A stretch of DNA of 36,018 bases from NCBI GenBank assembly GCA_964530955.1, contig CAZHCL010000009.1, forward strand, positions 1-36,018. The letters run 5' to 3'. Made by a program: the position numbers and the translations under genes. Numbering within the stretch: position 1 is the first letter of the stretch; each line of letters starts with the position of its first letter. Below the pieces are notes generated by a model. That model was not told where the DNA came from. It did no database searches and saw only the letters and a program-made list of their open reading frames with translations. Source of the stretch: Candidatus Woesearchaeota archaeon. GTDB taxonomy: Archaea; Nanobdellota; Nanobdellia; Pacearchaeales; GW2011-AR1. Below are positions 35,301 to 36,018 of the stretch, in pieces.

Positions 35301-36018
35301 TCAATTTCTCCTTCAATTAATTTCACTAATCCTACTCCTGCAAATGGGTTGTTTACTCAGAACAATAATCTAACAATAAACATAACTGCTGCAGACTCTT
35401 CTGGCATTAAAAATATAACTCTTTTCTTGTTTGATTCGACTCAAACACAGATAAATTCAAGTAATTCGTCACTCTCTCCTTTCAGCTATACTTTCTTGGG
35501 ACTTCCGGATGGTTTATATTATTACAATGCCTCGGTGTATGACTTGGCTGGGAACGTCAATTTTACCTCTACTCAGAGTATTTTTATAGATTCAATCTCT
35601 CCATCAATTAACTTCACTAATCCTACACCTGCAAACGGAACATTTCAGTTAACCAACAGTATCTTTGTGAATATCAGTAGCAGTAGCACAAAAGATCATT
35701 ATACTCTCCTTGATTTTGATAAATCATTAATACTTTGGATGAGATTGAACAATGAATCAAGCGAAAATCCTACCTTGTTTAGAGATTGGAGTTCTTATGG
35801 TAACAATGGAACATGTTACGGAACAGCCTGTCCTACTTTAAATGTTACTGGGAAATTCGGCCATGCTTATTCTTTTGCTGGGCAGTACATAAATATAACT
35901 ACCAATGTAAGTAATTTCCCAAGTGGAAATTCTGCAAGAACGATGGGTGCATGGATAAATGTAAATTCGACCTTCCTAGGAAGTGGCGATGCAGAATTTG
36001 TCTCTTATGGAACAACTG
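29394..36018 (+). CDS. Giant surface protein (>2,200 aa, runs off the window): basic N-terminal domain, TM, Ser/Gln-rich linker, EF-hand-like DLDGNGKLD, at least 4 LamG/ConA-like domains alternating with Ig-like domains
   Basis: Manual translation from GTG 29394 found no stop to 36018; LamG motifs NLVAYYSFD, D[W]SG/SYGNNG, NGTIDDLMIFN, WYMVTV. Absent from the ORF track because it has no stop codon. Confidence 0.9.
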   Translation, partial: MVHKKYRYVNGKRYGPYLYENSRVGEKVVTHYLGKEKNHSSSNFVVFVLIALVLVIASFILVSQFISPTGKAVLDISQTYISGQNISGNFSLVLKSGELLPASTLVNVSLAGQSQEYLLSDLLPQETSSGNFFSEGANLSGQGDGYGIVGQKVTYPDIDFSLLIQNSANQNESQSGTSGTDTGGSISNQSQSSSFDNVNTSENSSSQQLSQGQDNQSQQEQQSQESNPVQSTADQSSSSSSDSQSSSSDASTTVDSTDSSSGSDGSGSSLTGAVINDFSQGNVINGKTGKDNPFIYSLSDGESASLVSGSVRFNGTSIDDGNVNVQTNSSSVFVSTNFSQFENGFGQDYLGNDTSSISIDLSKLNISASEGVLSISLSYNGENIVSVEKQISLENNANSSVPVENSTSIANESKLILVQLIPAIRIPIDGSYSLNLNDYFSGAENYSIQPILNITSSIAGSELSLTPDLDFKGARQAKITSYSGNESLESNTFNIIVSSSTINIQTVHSPIRLNEPVKWTKNITLDSPDNVSIELPGMAENISVKKIETQSEENASVNITTILTGNVISSMSNSKGSIYAFLSNMISYITGRVSADINTGEQNNASSDSSKQVMLQDNATQYTIQYTTPAPVSAEQNISNGKQVTISDPNNLNYTEILSFTNIPELYNVGQEGRIKIYWVENKSYMPFDAYDLDGNGKLDYVEWITPHLSNQTFDIILISSAEHLDGNRTYLEDVSGYVNTRDYNYTTIPENDYLRVTFQQNLTNKNDITLYAKSENGSIIEVYEKNDSLPLAVFDNITRDQEYKIYLTNLTHSQDTFDLLVLNNSVDFDYVVDPTLLLNQSSQLSSGVTTEPTNITRLNINSTGIPSQNLVAYYSFDSDANSTYFDWSGNGYNGTCYNNQCPILNQTSKYGVGATFNGSMLINITSNVSNWPLGSSNRTVNVWVESNDSGSAGGADHYFFAYGGPSNNQAFIMGTYQGHFIFTQIGGNIQSNTPVLDGKWRMFTVTINSSGANMWVNGVLETVGLGGLINTNTYQAMLGVSNQYAVGSQSFNGTIDDLMIFNSSLNSSQIMDLYNNQSQRFYPTGQSNSKNTTDLAGTWTNVNVSLDNFNEMMGTNISLAIGYNNLTGNFITPPQNISQKNVNYTYNVSGATNITLNFTLISDSKNMWSPLIYGNVTISPFNITASAATLSISFVSPTPSPGLATSNNNLIVNVTATASLGLNNITIYLFNSTNNQINSSNSSTSPFAYTFLGLPDGIYYYNASVYDLSGNANFTGTQNITINSTLPPSAPSINFTNPTPANGTYQSADSIFVNISSNDTNDIYTLLDFDNTLSAWYRFNNESGENSTKYNDWSSYGNNGTCYTGFCPSAVLSARFGKGVNFNGSQFINITQFDNWPYGTTNRTFNAWIKYNGSVDSQDRYFFSYGTLAGSQFFGVGTISGKVIFTQVGSNIQSTSQISDNKWYMVTVNYNGTAQLFVNGVQQASGLSSSVNTIKGQAHFGDSFSVGTQSWNGTLDDAIIFNRSLSPTEILSLYNSSTTQYNNNFTSLAQGSHTFTGYAVNSLGSKNQTETRTVAIDSISPSINFTNPTPANGLFVTNNNLTINLTAADSSGIKNITLFLFNSTNNQINSSNSSTSPFAYTFLGLPDGIYYYNASVYDLSGNANFTGTQNITINSTLPPSAPSINFTNPTPANGTYQSADSIFVNISSNDTNDIYTLLDFDNTLSAWYRFNNESGENSTKYNDWSSYGNNGTCYTGFCPSAVLSARFGKGVNFNGSQFINITQFDNWPYGTTNRTFNAWIKYNGSVDSQDRYFFSYGTLAGSQFFGVGTISGKVIFTQVGSNIQSTSQISDNKWYMVTVNYNGTAQLFVNGVQQASGLSSSVNTIKGQAHFGDSFSVGTQSWNGTLDDAIIFNRSLSPTEILSLYNSSTTQYNNNFTSLAQGSHTFTGYAVNSLGSKNQTETRTVAIDSISPSINFTNPTPANGLFTQNNNLTINITAADSSGIKNITLFLFDSTQTQINSSNSSLSPFSYTFLGLPDGLYYYNASVYDLAGNVNFTSTQSIFIDSISPSINFTNPTPANGTFQLTNSIFVNISSSSTKDHYTLLDFDKSLILWMRLNNESSENPTLFRDWSSYGNNGTCYGTACPTLNVTGKFGHAYSFAGQYINITTNVSNFPSGNSARTMGAWINVNSTFLGSGDAEFVSYGTT
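33105..35341 (+). repeat. Tandem duplication, period 1,173 nt (391 aa): 33105..34168 appears identical to 34278..35341
   Basis: Visual alignment; the alternative-frame ORFs 33349/34522 and 33739/34912 are identical and offset by exactly 1,173 nt; a diverged third unit follows. Confidence 0.92.

Noticed and set aside
33105-35341. Diversity-generating retroelement template/variable repeat pair
   Set aside because: The copies look identical with no adenine-specific mismatches, the repeat is far longer than a DGR repeat, and no reverse transcriptase is in the window.
1-36018. CRISPR array, rRNA or IS element
   Set aside because: No regularly spaced short repeats, rRNA-like sequence or transposase motifs were seen.

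Overview
AT-rich archaeal chromosome segment. Archaeal stalk proteins P0/P1, eIF-5A, eL40, SecE/Sec61-gamma, tRNAs with bulge-helix-bulge (BHB) introns and giant sequon-rich surface proteins point to a DPANN lineage, probably Pacearchaeota-like (inference). It holds 8 tRNA genes (3 with canonical 37/38 introns), a rearranged ftsZ-secE-rpl1-rplP0-rplP1 cluster and several accessory enzymes. It also encodes three large beta-helix or LamG surface proteins. One of these is a >2,200-aa ORF that the ORF track misses because it runs off the window end, and it contains an in-frame 1,173-nt tandem duplication. The most unusual locus is a compact histidine module at 14370-16626 (minus strand). An atypical second tRNA-His(GUG) precedes a short-form HisG fused to HisE, which is followed by a full-length HisRS; no HisZ or other his genes are in the window. 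The two tRNA-His genes share an identical 13-nt upstream motif. Other oddities are an in-frame TAA plus a Gly-to-Val change in the ftsZ N-terminal GTP-binding loop, a tRNA-Ile(UAU), a solitary PD-(D/E)xK nuclease beside tRNA-Thr and a structured leader in front of rpl1. No CRISPR array, integrase, transposase or rRNA was seen. All calls come from motif recognition by eye; no database searches were run.
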